Shown piece after piece: positions 18,325 to 28,259 of a stretch of 56,151 bases of DNA. Position 1 is the first letter of the stretch, and each line of letters starts with the position of its first letter. The notes beneath the pieces were generated by a model. It was not told where the DNA came from and ran no database searches. It saw nothing but the letters and a program-made list of their open reading frames with translations. A program made the translations under genes and the position numbers. Source of the DNA: an uncultured Bacteroidota bacterium (lineage in GTDB: Bacteria; Bacteroidota; Bacteroidia; NS11-12g; UBA9320); assembly GCA_913054375.1 (NCBI GenBank), contig CAJXIQ010000002.1, positions 1 to 56,151 of the forward strand, in the 5' to 3' direction.

Positions 18325-19398
18325 ATGTTTGAAAACAAAGAAACTACCAACATTAGTGAACTCGGAGAGTTCGGACTTATTGAGCATCTAACGAAGCAAT
18401 TTGTTATTACCAAACCTGAGACTAAACTGAGTGTAGGAGATGACGCAGCAGTCATTCAAATCACTGGCAAACAGCAAGTTGTAAGCACAGATATGCTCGT
18501 TGAGAACATTCACTTTGATATGATGTACTCTCCTCTTGTCCATATCGGGTATAAATCCATATCCTCCAGCATCAGTGATATATGTGCAATGAATGCCAAG
18601 GCGAGTCAAGTGTTGGTGTCTGTAGCCATGTCTAGTAAGTACACGCTACAAGCAGCAGAAGAACTGTATACTGGCATTCGTGCGGCTTGCGAAAAATATG
18701 ACGTAGAGCTGATAGGCGGCGATACTAGCAGCTCAGTGATTGGAATGTGCATTAGTGTTACCGTGATTGGTTATGCAGATGAAGAAAAGATAGTGACTCG
18801 CAGTGGCGCGCAAGAAGGAGATCTATTATGCGTAAGTGGTGACCTAGGCGGTGCCTACATGGGCTTACAAATACTAGAGCGTGAAAAGCAGGTTTTTTTA
18901 ACAAATAAGGAAATGAAACCAGATCTTGATGGCAAAGACTACATCGTAGGTAGGCAGCTGCGTCCAGAGGCTAGAAAAGACATTGTAGACCTTTTTGAGG
19001 AGCTTGGCATTCAGCCATCTTCCATGATCGATGTAAGTGATGGGTTAAGCAGCGAGATTTTTCATCTCTGCAAGCAATCAAACATAGGAATGAAGGTATA
19101 CGAAGATAAATTACCTATAGACCAGCAAACCTATGATACAGCCATAGAATTCAACCTAGCCCCTACCACCTGTGCTATGAATGGAGGTGAAGACTATGAA
19201 CTTCTTTTCACCCTACCACAAGGAGATTTTGACAAGATAAAAAACTCAATGGACATAAGTATCGTAGGTTATTGCACTGCTCCACACGAGGGCAAAGAGC
19301 TAATTACCAAGTCGGGCAATGTAATGCCACTAGAAGCCCAAGGTTGGGAAAACTTTAATCTATCTGTTTCCAAAGAGGAAGAATCGGAAGAGAGCTAG
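18325..19398 (+). CDS. thiL: Thiamine-monophosphate kinase
   Basis: ISELGEFGLIEHL, GDDAAVI, STDMLVENIHF; AIR-synthase-like architecture. The track ORF starts at TTG 18313; the first ATG is 18325. Confidence 0.85.
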   Translation: MFENKETTNISELGEFGLIEHLTKQFVITKPETKLSVGDDAAVIQITGKQQVVSTDMLVENIHFDMMYSPLVHIGYKSISSSISDICAMNAKASQVLVSVAMSSKYTLQAAEELYTGIRAACEKYDVELIGGDTSSSVIGMCISVTVIGYADEEKIVTRSGAQEGDLLCVSGDLGGAYMGLQILEREKQVFLTNKEMKPDLDGKDYIVGRQLRPEARKDIVDLFEELGIQPSSMIDVSDGLSSEIFHLCKQSNIGMKVYEDKLPIDQQTYDTAIEFNLAPTTCAMNGGEDYELLFTLPQGDFDKIKNSMDISIVGYCTAPHEGKELITKSGNVMPLEAQGWENFNLSVSKEEESEES

Positions 19399-20108
19399 AT
19401 ATATTTCCCTAACAAACTAGCTAACTCTTCTTCTGAGTGATAACCCGTTTTATCATACACTTCTTTGCCGTTCTTATATATTTTAATCAACGGTATTGCA
19501 TTGATTTTAAAATGCTCAGAGACTTCAAGACTCTTATCCGTATCCACTTTTAGTACCACTAGCTCGTCTCCGTATTTTTTCTTCATGGTCTCTACATGCG
19601 GAGCCATTGCTTTGCACGGACCGCACCAAGTAGCATAGAAATCTACCAGTACAACTTTACCGGAGGATACCGCTTCATTGTACCTTGTTAACGAGTAGCC
19701 TGATGAGTTTGATTTTTTGGCGCCTACAATTATCTTGTATCCTTCAGCTTTCCACCTAAGTATGCCACCCCCAAGTTCATATACGTTATACCCCATTGCT
19801 TTTATTTGTGCTGCTGCCATAGTACTTCTACCACCTGATTTGCAGTACACGAGTACGTCCTTACTTTTGTCTAGCAGCGCTGCTTTTTGCGCAAAATCAG
19901 AACTATTTACATCGATATTACTAGCATTTTCTAAATGATTCATGGCGAACTCCTCGGGAGACCTTACATCCACAAGGGTATACTTTGTGTTGACCATTTT
20001 ATTTGCAAATGTTTTTACATCTACGCTTGAATTTTCTATTTTACTTGTCCCACAGGCCGCAATAAGCGTAACTATCATTGCTATCATACTCCATTTTGTG
20101 CTCTTCAT
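19395..20108 (-). CDS. Rhodanese-thioredoxin fusion lipoprotein
   Basis: Lipobox LIAAC, rhodanese loop YCKSGGRS and thioredoxin WCGPC. Confidence 0.85.
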   Translation of the reverse strand: MKSTKWSMIAMIVTLIAACGTSKIENSSVDVKTFANKMVNTKYTLVDVRSPEEFAMNHLENASNIDVNSSDFAQKAALLDKSKDVLVYCKSGGRSTMAAAQIKAMGYNVYELGGGILRWKAEGYKIIVGAKKSNSSGYSLTRYNEAVSSGKVVLVDFYATWCGPCKAMAPHVETMKKKYGDELVVLKVDTDKSLEVSEHFKINAIPLIKIYKNGKEVYDKTGYHSEEELASLLGKYI

Positions 20109-21640
20109 TTAGTGTTTATTTTTATAATTTCTTCTACGATTTTTCTGTCGTTACAAAGTTTAGGAATCTTATGCTGACCTCCTAATTTTTGTTTATGCTT
20201 CAACCATTTATAAAAAGTTCTCGGCTTACACACGACTACCTCTAACCTTTCCAACACCATACTTCCTTGTCGTTTAGCCTCGTAATCTGAATTTGCAGTG
20301 CACAACTCTTGATCTAGCACATCCGCAAAATGCTCCAGACTCTCAGGTATTACATTGAACTCAATCATCCACTGATGTCTTCCCTTTGTTTTGTCTTTTA
20401 AGTAAACGGGTCCTACTGTAAATTCTGAAACCATTGCCCCAGTTTTTCGTTGGGCTATTGCCAAAGCTTTCTCGGCATTTTCTACCATTAACTCTTCACC
20501 AAAGGCATTAATAAAGCTTTTTGTACGTCCTGTTACCCTTATTCTAAATGGGTTTTTACTCGTAAATTCAATTGTATCTCCCAACTGATAACGCCAAAGG
20601 CCTGCATTCGTATTCACTACTACCGCATAGTTTTTCCCGATTTCTACTTCATCTATCCACAGTGACCTGGGATTATCTGTACCGCACAATTCTATTGGAA
20701 TAAACTCATAAAAAATTCCGTAGTCTAGCATAAGAGCCATGTCTTCATTGGCATTATCCTGTACGCCAAAAAAACCCTCAGATGCATTGTACGTTTCCCT
20801 GTATGCTATATCGCCCCCTATAAGACTTGCAAACTGCTCTCTGTAGGGTAAAAAATTTACCCCTCCGTGTACGTAAAGTTCTAAATTGGGCCATATTTCT
20901 AAGATACAACTTGCGTGTGTTTTTTCGAGTATTCCACGTAGCAAAAGCATGGTCCATGAGGGAACTCCAGAGATATTGGTCACATTTTCCGCATAGGTGC
21001 TCTCTATCATTTTCTGCATCTTGTTTTCCCAGTTTGGTAGTAGCGCAATATCCATACTTGGTGTGGCCAAAAAATTAGCGATAAAGGGCATGTTATTCAT
21101 CATTACTGCGCTCAAGTCTCCATAGTACGAATTTTCTGCAAGTGCATTAATTTGATGACTACCTCCTATAATCAGTCCTTTTCCTTGAAAAATTTTGGCA
21201 CCTGCGTGGTGGTGATAATACCAAGCTAATACATCCCGACTTCCCCTGAATTGGCACTCTTCTAGCGCCTCATAACTTACAGGTATATACTTACTTTTAT
21301 CTGAAGTAGTACCGCTAGATTGGGCAAACCATGTGATATCTCCGGGCCAGAGCACCCTTTGTTCGCCATGCATTACACGTTGGATATAGTGTTTTAGATC
21401 GTCATACTCAAAGAGCGGTACACGTTTTCTATACTGGTCTATGGTCTTTATCTCATTAAGCTTAAAGTCTCTTCCAAACGATGTTTTTCGAGCTTCTCCA
21501 AGTAACTCAGTAAACATTTGGTGCTGAACCTCAGCTCCATTCCTAAAGCTGCGCTCAATGAGGGGTATCCTCTTCTTTAGATACCAAGACATGAATGAGT
21601 TTACAAAACCGAGCATACTACCCGTTACTGAAAGACTCAA
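20105..21640 (-). CDS. GH3-family (acyl-acid amido synthetase-like) protein
   Basis: FAQSSGTTSDKSKYIPVS and overall GH3-like layout, about 500 aa. The likely real start is MLGFVN at 21616, which removes the overlap with the upstream gene. Confidence 0.75.
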   Translation of the reverse strand: MSLSVTGSMLGFVNSFMSWYLKKRIPLIERSFRNGAEVQHQMFTELLGEARKTSFGRDFKLNEIKTIDQYRKRVPLFEYDDLKHYIQRVMHGEQRVLWPGDITWFAQSSGTTSDKSKYIPVSYEALEECQFRGSRDVLAWYYHHHAGAKIFQGKGLIIGGSHQINALAENSYYGDLSAVMMNNMPFIANFLATPSMDIALLPNWENKMQKMIESTYAENVTNISGVPSWTMLLLRGILEKTHASCILEIWPNLELYVHGGVNFLPYREQFASLIGGDIAYRETYNASEGFFGVQDNANEDMALMLDYGIFYEFIPIELCGTDNPRSLWIDEVEIGKNYAVVVNTNAGLWRYQLGDTIEFTSKNPFRIRVTGRTKSFINAFGEELMVENAEKALAIAQRKTGAMVSEFTVGPVYLKDKTKGRHQWMIEFNVIPESLEHFADVLDQELCTANSDYEAKRQGSMVLERLEVVVCKPRTFYKWLKHKQKLGGQHKIPKLCNDRKIVEEIIKINTK

Positions 21641-22877
21641 TAAAGTCTCTTATAAGAAGGAAAGACCTATCATAATACTTTCCTAAGCGAAGATTATTTG
21701 GACTATCTGCTGGCAAATGATAATGCTTATAATCGCCCATGAGATAAATAAAAAAGGAGGGTATTCCCATCTCTGAGAAGAAATAGTGATCACTATTTGC
21801 TGCTTTCCCTCGTGGTCTTATTTTAGGCAGATATCTATTCTGCATATTAATGGTTGTAAGTCTTTTGAATGCCCCAGGGTAAACGGTAGCATTCACAATG
21901 GTAGCGCCGCCCTCACCGCTTCCCATTAAGTCCATATTGAAGACAAATTTGGTTTGAGCTAAAGGCACTAAAGGACTATTGACATAATAATGTGACCCAA
22001 CCAATCCTGCTTCTTCAGCTCCAAATGCTATAAATGCTATGGTATACTTCTGAGGATTTTGGGCAAAATACGCTGCCATATCAATCAGCATGCTTATACC
22101 GCTTGCATTGTCATTTGCTCCATAAAAAATAGCATTTCCCATTTTCCCGAGGTGATCATAGTGTCCGCAGAAAATGATGATACTGTCTGGATATACTGTA
22201 CCTTCTACATATCCATATACATTTTGTGTTGTGTAGTCATTGATAAATTTGCTTTCAATTTCTATGCTCATCATCTTCGTCATTCTATCAAAAGACGAGG
22301 TCAACAACCAAATTTCACCGTTTCGGGTTCTCTCGCGGCCTACGCTCCATGTCAGACTCTCTTTTAAAAATACCAAAGTGCCCGAACCACAATATTCCTG
22401 TATTTTGGCTATGTTTTTTACTGCAATTGCGTCCTTGGTATTGTATCCACTTATCACAGGTACATATCCCTTCTTAATTGCTCGCATCACCTTTTTAGCC
22501 ACTTTTGGAGATGTTAATAGACGTTGGGATACATAAAATATGGGACCACTTAACTTTACAGAACCGCATTCTGGTGACACCAAGTAATCTACTCCAGGCA
22601 CTAGCTCTTTTGTATCTAGTTCTACTGTGCTTCTGGTGATGGTATTCACTCCCAAGCTGAACGGCTGCATGTAGTTGGCTGTTTTGGCTTTTAAACCCAA
22701 CGCGCTAAATTTTGCTGCAATATATTCTGCCGCTTTTTTCTCCCCCTGATTTATGTAACCCCTACCCGCCATTTCTTCTGAGCACAAGTCTTTAATAATC
22801 TGTTGTGCAGCTAATCTATTTTGGGAAAATACAGTATTAGCGGTTATGAAAAGTAGAAGAACAGGTATAAATCTCAT
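21618..22877 (-). CDS. M28-family aminopeptidase
   Basis: Signal peptide; GHYDHLG, GANDNASGISMLIDMA and AEEAGLVGS metal-ligand motifs. Confidence 0.85.
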   Translation of the reverse strand: MRFIPVLLLFITANTVFSQNRLAAQQIIKDLCSEEMAGRGYINQGEKKAAEYIAAKFSALGLKAKTANYMQPFSLGVNTITRSTVELDTKELVPGVDYLVSPECGSVKLSGPIFYVSQRLLTSPKVAKKVMRAIKKGYVPVISGYNTKDAIAVKNIAKIQEYCGSGTLVFLKESLTWSVGRERTRNGEIWLLTSSFDRMTKMMSIEIESKFINDYTTQNVYGYVEGTVYPDSIIIFCGHYDHLGKMGNAIFYGANDNASGISMLIDMAAYFAQNPQKYTIAFIAFGAEEAGLVGSHYYVNSPLVPLAQTKFVFNMDLMGSGEGGATIVNATVYPGAFKRLTTINMQNRYLPKIRPRGKAANSDHYFFSEMGIPSFFIYLMGDYKHYHLPADSPNNLRLGKYYDRSFLLIRDFIESFSNG

Positions 22878-22895
22878 TTGTACTTAGATAAGCGT

Positions 22896-22903
22896 TAGCT
22901 TTG
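22896..22903 (+). promoter_or_regulatory. Bacteroidetes -7 box (TAGCTTTG), possibly for pnuC
   Basis: Exact TAnnTTTG, 134 nt upstream of pnuC ATG. Confidence 0.3.
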
Positions 22904-23037
22904 CGAAGCTAATAATTAAAACACACAATGGGAATAGGAATTTTTTTTGAAAACCTTCTTAGCAAGGCAAAATATACCTCTTGCCTTGCTGAAAAAACAC
23001 TAGACAGCATATCGCTGAATGTTTCTGCCCTACGCAC

Positions 23038-23598
23038 ATGAAGACATTGCTACTCGTTGAAGTCATTAGTGTTCTATGTAACATCATTTTTCTTGTCTTA
23101 CTGACAAAAGAAAAAAAGCAATGTTGGATATATGGGATACTCGGATCGCTCACAGGAGCCTATGTTTTTTATGAAAATACTTATTATTCTGAAACTCTTC
23201 TGTATGGTTTTTACGCTTTTGTAGGTGTCTACGGATACTATTACTGGGGTCACAATGAGCCTGCAGACTTTGGCATAAAGCGTACATCCATCCGCTCTAT
23301 TTTGGCTATGATACTAGGTGGAACCTTAGCTGGTTTAGGATTGGGATACTTGATGAGCACCACAGATGCGGCCAATCCATATTACGATGCAATGAGCACA
23401 TCATTTGGCATACTAGCTACCTTCTTAGAACTCTACAAATACTTTGTGGCTTGGGGGTTTTGGATACTCATCAATGCCTATACAATTTGGTTGTACGGCA
23501 TTAAAGACCTCAATTTTTTTGCGTTTCAAATGGTTATTTATACTTCACTCTCAATCTATGGAATGGTTACTTGGCATAAAAAGATGGTCTCGCAGTAA
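23038..23598 (+). CDS. pnuC: Nicotinamide riboside transporter PnuC family
   Basis: 186 aa, multi-TM, aromatic-rich YGFYAFVGVYGYYYWG and C-terminal VTWHKK, typical of PnuC. Confidence 0.75.
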   Translation: MKTLLLVEVISVLCNIIFLVLLTKEKKQCWIYGILGSLTGAYVFYENTYYSETLLYGFYAFVGVYGYYYWGHNEPADFGIKRTSIRSILAMILGGTLAGLGLGYLMSTTDAANPYYDAMSTSFGILATFLELYKYFVAWGFWILINAYTIWLYGIKDLNFFAFQMVIYTSLSIYGMVTWHKKMVSQ

Positions 23599-23655
23599 TT
23601 GCTAATAAAAGAATTGAGGGATGCCTACTAAAATGACAATTTGTTCAGCATTATT

Positions 23656-24210
23656 TTATCCCTGAATTTCACCTTCCAAAGCTATTGGCATATTCTCGGA
23701 GACAGTTTTTAAGTTTTTCAGCCCTTCTTCAAAATCTGGACCTACCATGGGGTCTATAAAGTAATTGAGTATTTTAAATGGATAGTCGAGGTCTGAATAC
23801 ATTTGCCAGACTACCTTGGTTTTATCCGCTAAAGCCCTCAAAGAAAAGGAGCCTTTGTTGGGTCTATCCTCAAAATAAAAGGTATAGGACAACTGATCCA
23901 TCCCCGTTACGGCATTCATCTCAAGTTTACCCGCGCCTACATCCTTGTTTTCGGATGACCAGGTATACCCGTAGACCTTATCATTTATTGTACCATAATA
24001 GGTCCGTATTTGCAACGTGTCTTTGGTAAACCAGGCGTCCCAGTTCTTCCAATTTTCAAAATTGGCAATTTGATTGAAAACGATTTTTTGTGAGGCATTG
24101 ATTTCAATATGACGTGAAACCGTTTTTTGAGCAGGAGCAAAAACAGCAGCTAGTAAGGCCGAGGCTACCATTATTAGGACGAAGTAAATAAATCCTTTTA
24201 GTATTTTCAT
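23656..24210 (-). CDS. SRPBCC-fold (polyketide cyclase/dehydrase-like) membrane-anchored protein
   Basis: N-terminal anchor FIYFVLIMVASALLAAVF, then the typical SRPBCC opening RHIEINASQKIVFNQIANFENWKNWDAW. Confidence 0.6.
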   Translation of the reverse strand: MKILKGFIYFVLIMVASALLAAVFAPAQKTVSRHIEINASQKIVFNQIANFENWKNWDAWFTKDTLQIRTYYGTINDKVYGYTWSSENKDVGAGKLEMNAVTGMDQLSYTFYFEDRPNKGSFSLRALADKTKVVWQMYSDLDYPFKILNYFIDPMVGPDFEEGLKNLKTVSENMPIALEGEIQG

Positions 24211-24319
24211 TGGTTGTTTACAAAGTAAAGCATCTATTGCGGTAGTCCTATGTGATGCGTTGATTTTTATCTGCCAACCAAAGCTTTAGCCCAACACTTC
24301 TATTAGTAATAGATAATCC

Positions 24320-24327
24320 TAAATTTG
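24320..24327 (+). promoter_or_regulatory. Bacteroidetes -7 box (TAAATTTG)
   Basis: Exact TAnnTTTG, 12 nt upstream of ATG 24340. Confidence 0.5.
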
Positions 24328-24339
24328 CATCAAATTAGT

Positions 24340-25029
24340 ATGAAGAAAATTAGTATGAAAAGCATCATCTTAAGTCTTTTTGCTGTGTTACTGTTCACAG
24401 CTTGCACACCTACCAAAAACAAACAAACAACAGAAGCAGAGAAAGAAATAACTACGCCTATACACGATACATTAGAAACAATAACTCAAAAAAATAATAC
24501 AAAAATGGAAAACGGAATTTACGCAAAAATGAATACTTCGAAGGGAGAGATCACTTTGAAACTAGAAATGGAAAAAACACCTCTTACAGTAGCCAATTTT
24601 GTTGGCCTTGCTGAAGGAAACATACCGAACAAAGCACAAGATGCTGGCGTTCCCTATTACGATGGATTGGTATTTCACAGAGTGATTCCTAATTTTATGA
24701 TACAAGGTGGAGATCCAGATGGCATTGGTTCTGGCGGACCAGGTTACAGTTTTAGAGATGAGTTTCATCCAGATCTAAGACATACAGGACCAGGTATCCT
24801 CTCTATGGCAAATGCAGGCCCTGGAACCAACGGTAGCCAGTTTTTTATTACCCACGTAGAAACTTCATGGCTTGACGGAAAGCACAGTGTATTTGGTCAT
24901 GTAGTAGAGGGTATGGATGTCGTAAACACTATAGAAGGTGGAGATCTAATAGGTAGTGTAGAAATTGTACGCGTGGGTGATGCTGCAGAAGCTTTTGACG
25001 CTGCGAAGACATTTGCAGAATTGAAATAA
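24340..25029 (+). CDS. Cyclophilin-type peptidyl-prolyl cis-trans isomerase, lipoprotein
   Basis: Lipobox LLFTAC; [15 protein letters not shown]; [17 protein letters not shown]. The track start at 24325 is a TTG inside the -7 box. Confidence 0.9.
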   Translation: MKKISMKSIILSLFAVLLFTACTPTKNKQTTEAEKEITTPIHDTLETITQKNNTKMENGIYAKMNTSKGEITLKLEMEKTPLTVANFVGLAEGNIPNKAQDAGVPYYDGLVFHRVIPNFMIQGGDPDGIGSGGPGYSFRDEFHPDLRHTGPGILSMANAGPGTNGSQFFITHVETSWLDGKHSVFGHVVEGMDVVNTIEGGDLIGSVEIVRVGDAAEAFDAAKTFAELK

Positions 25030-26216
25030 TGAAGACCATAGATTCTTACAATTTCAACGGCAAGAGGGCACTCATACGCGTAGACTTTAATGTACCGCTC
25101 AATAGTGCATTTGAAATAACCGATGATAGCCGTATGACGGCTGCCTTACCTACTATCCAAAAAATAATAGCCGATGGCGGCTCCGTTGTACTTATGTCTC
25201 ACTTGGGCAGACCAAAAAGTGGCCCAGAGAATAAATATTCACTGAAACACTTGTTACCACACTTAGAAAAACTTACCGGAGCACCGGTTGCTTTTTCGGA
25301 TGACTGTATCAGTGAAGGTGCAGTGAATACAAGTAAAAACTTGCCCGCCGGACATATCCACTTACTGGAAAACTTGCGATTTTATTCGGAAGAAACTGCT
25401 GGAAATACTGCCTTTGCAGCGTCACTAGCCAATCACGGTGATATCTATGTGAATGATGCGTTTGGCACTGCACATAGAGCACATGCTAGTACAGCTATAG
25501 TAGCAAGTTCTTTTGCAGACAAGTGCTTTGGTTTCTTGATGGCTAATGAAGTGGCCAATGCTAAGAAACTAATGAGCAATCCAGATAGACCATTTACTAG
25601 CATAGTAGGCGGAGCTAAGGTTAGCGACAAGATTCTTATCATAGAGAATCTGCTCAACATAGCAGACCATATCATCATAGGTGGTGGAATGGCCTATACT
25701 TTTTCTGTAGCTAAAGGGGGTACAATAGGTGACTCACTATTTGAAGCGGATAGGGTAGAGAAGTGTGCAGAGATACTGAAAAAAGCTGCTGCCAAAGGTG
25801 TAGAAATACACTTACCAGCAGATAATGTGATAGCAGATGCTTTTAGCAACGAAGCCAACCAGAAGCAATGTAATAGCGGATCTATTCCTGATGGGTGGAT
25901 GGGGCTCGATATAGGGGAAAAGGCAGTAGCGGCATTCTCTGACGTACTCATGAAATCTAAAACCATATTGTGGAATGGACCAATGGGGGTATTTGAAATG
26001 CCTAGCTACGAAAATGGAACCAAATCTATAGCAGATGCTGTGGCTGAATCTACGCGTGCGGGAGCATTCTCCCTTATCGGCGGAGGAGATAGCAGTGCGG
26101 CTGTGAAAAAATTTGGCTACACCAATGACGTAAGTTACGTATCTACAGGTGGCGGTGCTTTACTCGAGTTTTTTGAAGGTAAAGAACTTCCGGGGATAGC
26201 AGCTGTAGAAGGATAG
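25029..26216 (+). CDS. pgk: Phosphoglycerate kinase
   Basis: RVDFNVPL, MSHLGRPK and GGGDS motifs; 395 aa. The start overlaps the PPIase stop (TAATG). Confidence 0.95.
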   Translation: MKTIDSYNFNGKRALIRVDFNVPLNSAFEITDDSRMTAALPTIQKIIADGGSVVLMSHLGRPKSGPENKYSLKHLLPHLEKLTGAPVAFSDDCISEGAVNTSKNLPAGHIHLLENLRFYSEETAGNTAFAASLANHGDIYVNDAFGTAHRAHASTAIVASSFADKCFGFLMANEVANAKKLMSNPDRPFTSIVGGAKVSDKILIIENLLNIADHIIIGGGMAYTFSVAKGGTIGDSLFEADRVEKCAEILKKAAAKGVEIHLPADNVIADAFSNEANQKQCNSGSIPDGWMGLDIGEKAVAAFSDVLMKSKTILWNGPMGVFEMPSYENGTKSIADAVAESTRAGAFSLIGGGDSSAAVKKFGYTNDVSYVSTGGGALLEFFEGKELPGIAAVEG

Positions 26217-26242
26217 ACAATTCTTCTTTTAACACGAATATG

Positions 26243-26275
26243 AAACGGAATCTTTTGCGAGATTCCGTTTTTTTA
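26243..26275 (+). terminator. Rho-independent terminator after pgk
   Basis: aaacggaatc / gattccgttt 10-bp stem followed by a T-run. Confidence 0.8.
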
Positions 26276-26506
26276 TAGTCTACGAGTCATACATTTCTTT
26301 AACTACTTTCTCTATTCCGAATATTTCTTTTAGATCATTTTGAATAAGAAACCAATGCTTTGAAAGGATAAGGGGTGTTAAATAAGAAAAATGGTTCAGA
26401 TTTTTTTTGGTTTTATCTGTCAAAACATAAATTTAATTGCGAGCTAAATGACAGATTGTGTTACAAATGTGCTACTGCGTGAAAAAGTAAGAAAGCTAAG
26501 GCTATT

Positions 26507-27034
26507 ATGCATAAACCCTTTGATGATATTGCTACTATATTAGAGGATGTTAAAACCTTTAATAAACACCTTCACCTTTGTTGTTTATTAACTTATGGCT
26601 GCTTACTCAGGCCTCACAGAGAGGTGAGGGAATTGACTTGGGGTGATTTCTCAAAGGACTTAAGCTTTATTACACTTTCAGGGTTTAGAAATAAGTCAGG
26701 AAGAAATAGAATTGTACCAGTTCCAGGCTTTATCAAGCCCTATTTAAATCCAAAAGGTTTAAATGATAATATCTTTACTGAGGAGCAGTGTAGTAGGAAT
26801 CCAGACTATTTCAGTACCCTTTGGAGCAGATATAAGAATCAAAGTAATATTTTGAAGGAGGGACAAACCTTGTACTCATTCAGACACTCTGGTGCCATTG
26901 ATATCTTTAAGAGAACGGGCTCTATTACCAAGCTACAAAAAGCTATGGGGCATTCATCTATAAATGTAAGTCTAACCTACTTAAGGGGTTTAGAATTAGC
27001 TGAATTAAGTGAAGAGGATATGCCTATGGTTTAA
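26507..27034 (+). pseudogene. Tyrosine recombinase/integrase, catalytic domain only (N-terminal domains missing)
   Basis: Catalytic-type residues visible: LLRPHRE (R), FRHSGA (H-x-x-R region), GHSS (H), LTYLRG (Y). Only 175 aa, with in-frame stops directly upstream. Confidence 0.7.
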
Positions 27035-27115
27035 GAGTTTTAGAAAGGTAGTTTCCAACCCTCCCACCCTAGTGAGCCCAGAACAAATTTGGAATTGCTT
27101 CTCCATTCCCGTCAA

Positions 27116-27505
27116 CTACAGGTTGGGTTTTTTTAAAGCTGTATAGAATGCAAGAATACTAATTAAAGCAATTAATCCAATTGCTGGCACAGGAACATTA
27201 ACAGGGGTTGTAAAGTGTTGTAAAAGACCGTTAATCAGAAAAAACAAATAAGCTATCCCAATGCTTAATAATACCTTTTTTGCATCTTTCATTTCTAAAC
27301 TTCTTGTTGATAGAATTATAATACCAATAACAATGCAAGCAACTGATAAAGGCCAATGCATAGCCGTTCCAACAACTAATCCTCCTCCTTCTAATAATTC
27401 AGTAGGAAAAGACTGTTCTGTTAATGTTTCAGCTCCTATGAAGAAACCTATACCCTGAAGAATATTTAAAACTCCTATTGCTGTAAGTGTATTTTTAGGA
27501 TTCAT
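27116..27505 (-). CDS. Small 4-TM membrane protein, unknown function
   Basis: 129 aa with four hydrophobic segments. No recognisable motif. Confidence 0.5.
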   Translation of the reverse strand: MNPKNTLTAIGVLNILQGIGFFIGAETLTEQSFPTELLEGGGLVVGTAMHWPLSVACIVIGIIILSTRSLEMKDAKKVLLSIGIAYLFFLINGLLQHFTTPVNVPVPAIGLIALISILAFYTALKKPNL

Positions 27506-27523
27506 TTTTAATTGATTGAATTA

Positions 27524-27946
27524 TTAAGACTTTAGCTCTCCCTTCTGTGACACATAACTCAATGCAAGAACTGGAATTAAAGTTAGTATCATAATTATAA
27601 TAGGTGGATGGGCTGAACTACCGCTTAGTAAATTTACAAAATCTGGTAAAGTCCAAAATAAGTGGACAATAAATAACACAAAAGTTGCTGACTTTAATCC
27701 TTCAAGAGTTTTTAATCTAAGAGTGTATACAACAGAGAGTATAGTTCCTAAATAAATGAATCCAATGATATGAAACATAATATCAAAAACTTCTAAGGCT
27801 GGTGCACTATTAGCTAATCCTTCGATATTAAAGTCGCTTATCATTTGGCTTTTCATTTCACCTCCCATTTTTGCAATCACCAAAGGTATAAATTGAATGA
27901 TATCAAGAATTAATGTCAATATTAGAATAGTTTTAAAGTTTTTCAT
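27524..27946 (-). CDS. Small 4-TM membrane protein, unknown function
   Basis: 140 aa with the same predicted topology as its neighbour. Confidence 0.5.
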   Translation of the reverse strand: MKNFKTILILTLILDIIQFIPLVIAKMGGEMKSQMISDFNIEGLANSAPALEVFDIMFHIIGFIYLGTILSVVYTLRLKTLEGLKSATFVLFIVHLFWTLPDFVNLLSGSSAHPPIIIMILTLIPVLALSYVSQKGELKS

Positions 27947-28034
27947 TTCAACTGGATTTTGAATTGTGTTGAGCGAATATATTGAAATTAGTTGAGTTAT
28001 GTTTTATTTTAAATTCAAACGAACGTATTCAGTT

Positions 28035-28100
28035 AGTTTAGCCTACTTAAGAGGCCTTGAAATAGCAGAGCTAGAGGAAAGAGATATGCCTACGGTATAG
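28035..28100 (+). pseudogene. Integrase 3-prime-end remnant
   Basis: Translates to SLAYLRGLEIAELEERDMPTV*, matching the C-terminus SLTYLRGLELAELSEEDMPMV* of the 26507-27034 ORF. No upstream ORF. Confidence 0.7.
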
Positions 28101-28218
28101 TTGTGCGCAAGATTATGAATTTCTTCAATCATGGCAGCGTCTATTACTGGATTTAGTTCTTACAAAAAAGACTTAAAAAGGGTATATTTGGAATTGTGTA
28201 AAACACAGGTAGTTGAAA

Positions 28219-28253
28219 TAAAAAAACCCTAAACTATTACTAGTAAAGGGTTT
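28219..28253 (-). terminator. Terminator downstream of the tRNA
   Basis: On the minus strand, an aaaccct...agggttt stem is followed by ttttttattt. Confidence 0.5.
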
Positions 28254-28259
28254 GTTAAG

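Larger units (their letters stand above)
26280..28259. mobile_element. Decayed tRNA-associated integrative island remnant
   Basis: Lies between the pgk terminator and the 3-prime end of tRNA-CAT. Holds one truncated integrase, a second integrase tail remnant and two small membrane-protein genes. Visibly more AT-rich than the flanks. Confidence 0.55.

Noticed and set aside
22878-23037. TPP or NAD-class riboswitch upstream of pnuC
   Set aside because: I could not find the conserved CUGAGA / ACCUGA-type TPP elements or the pnuC-motif core by eye. Only the hairpin is reported. A covariance-model scan is needed.
28101-28259. att-type direct repeat of the tRNA 3-prime end inside the island
   Set aside because: I searched by eye for cgaacc/ggttcg-containing matches between 26217 and 28259 and found none. 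The island boundary at about 26280 is therefore inferred from the terminator and composition only.
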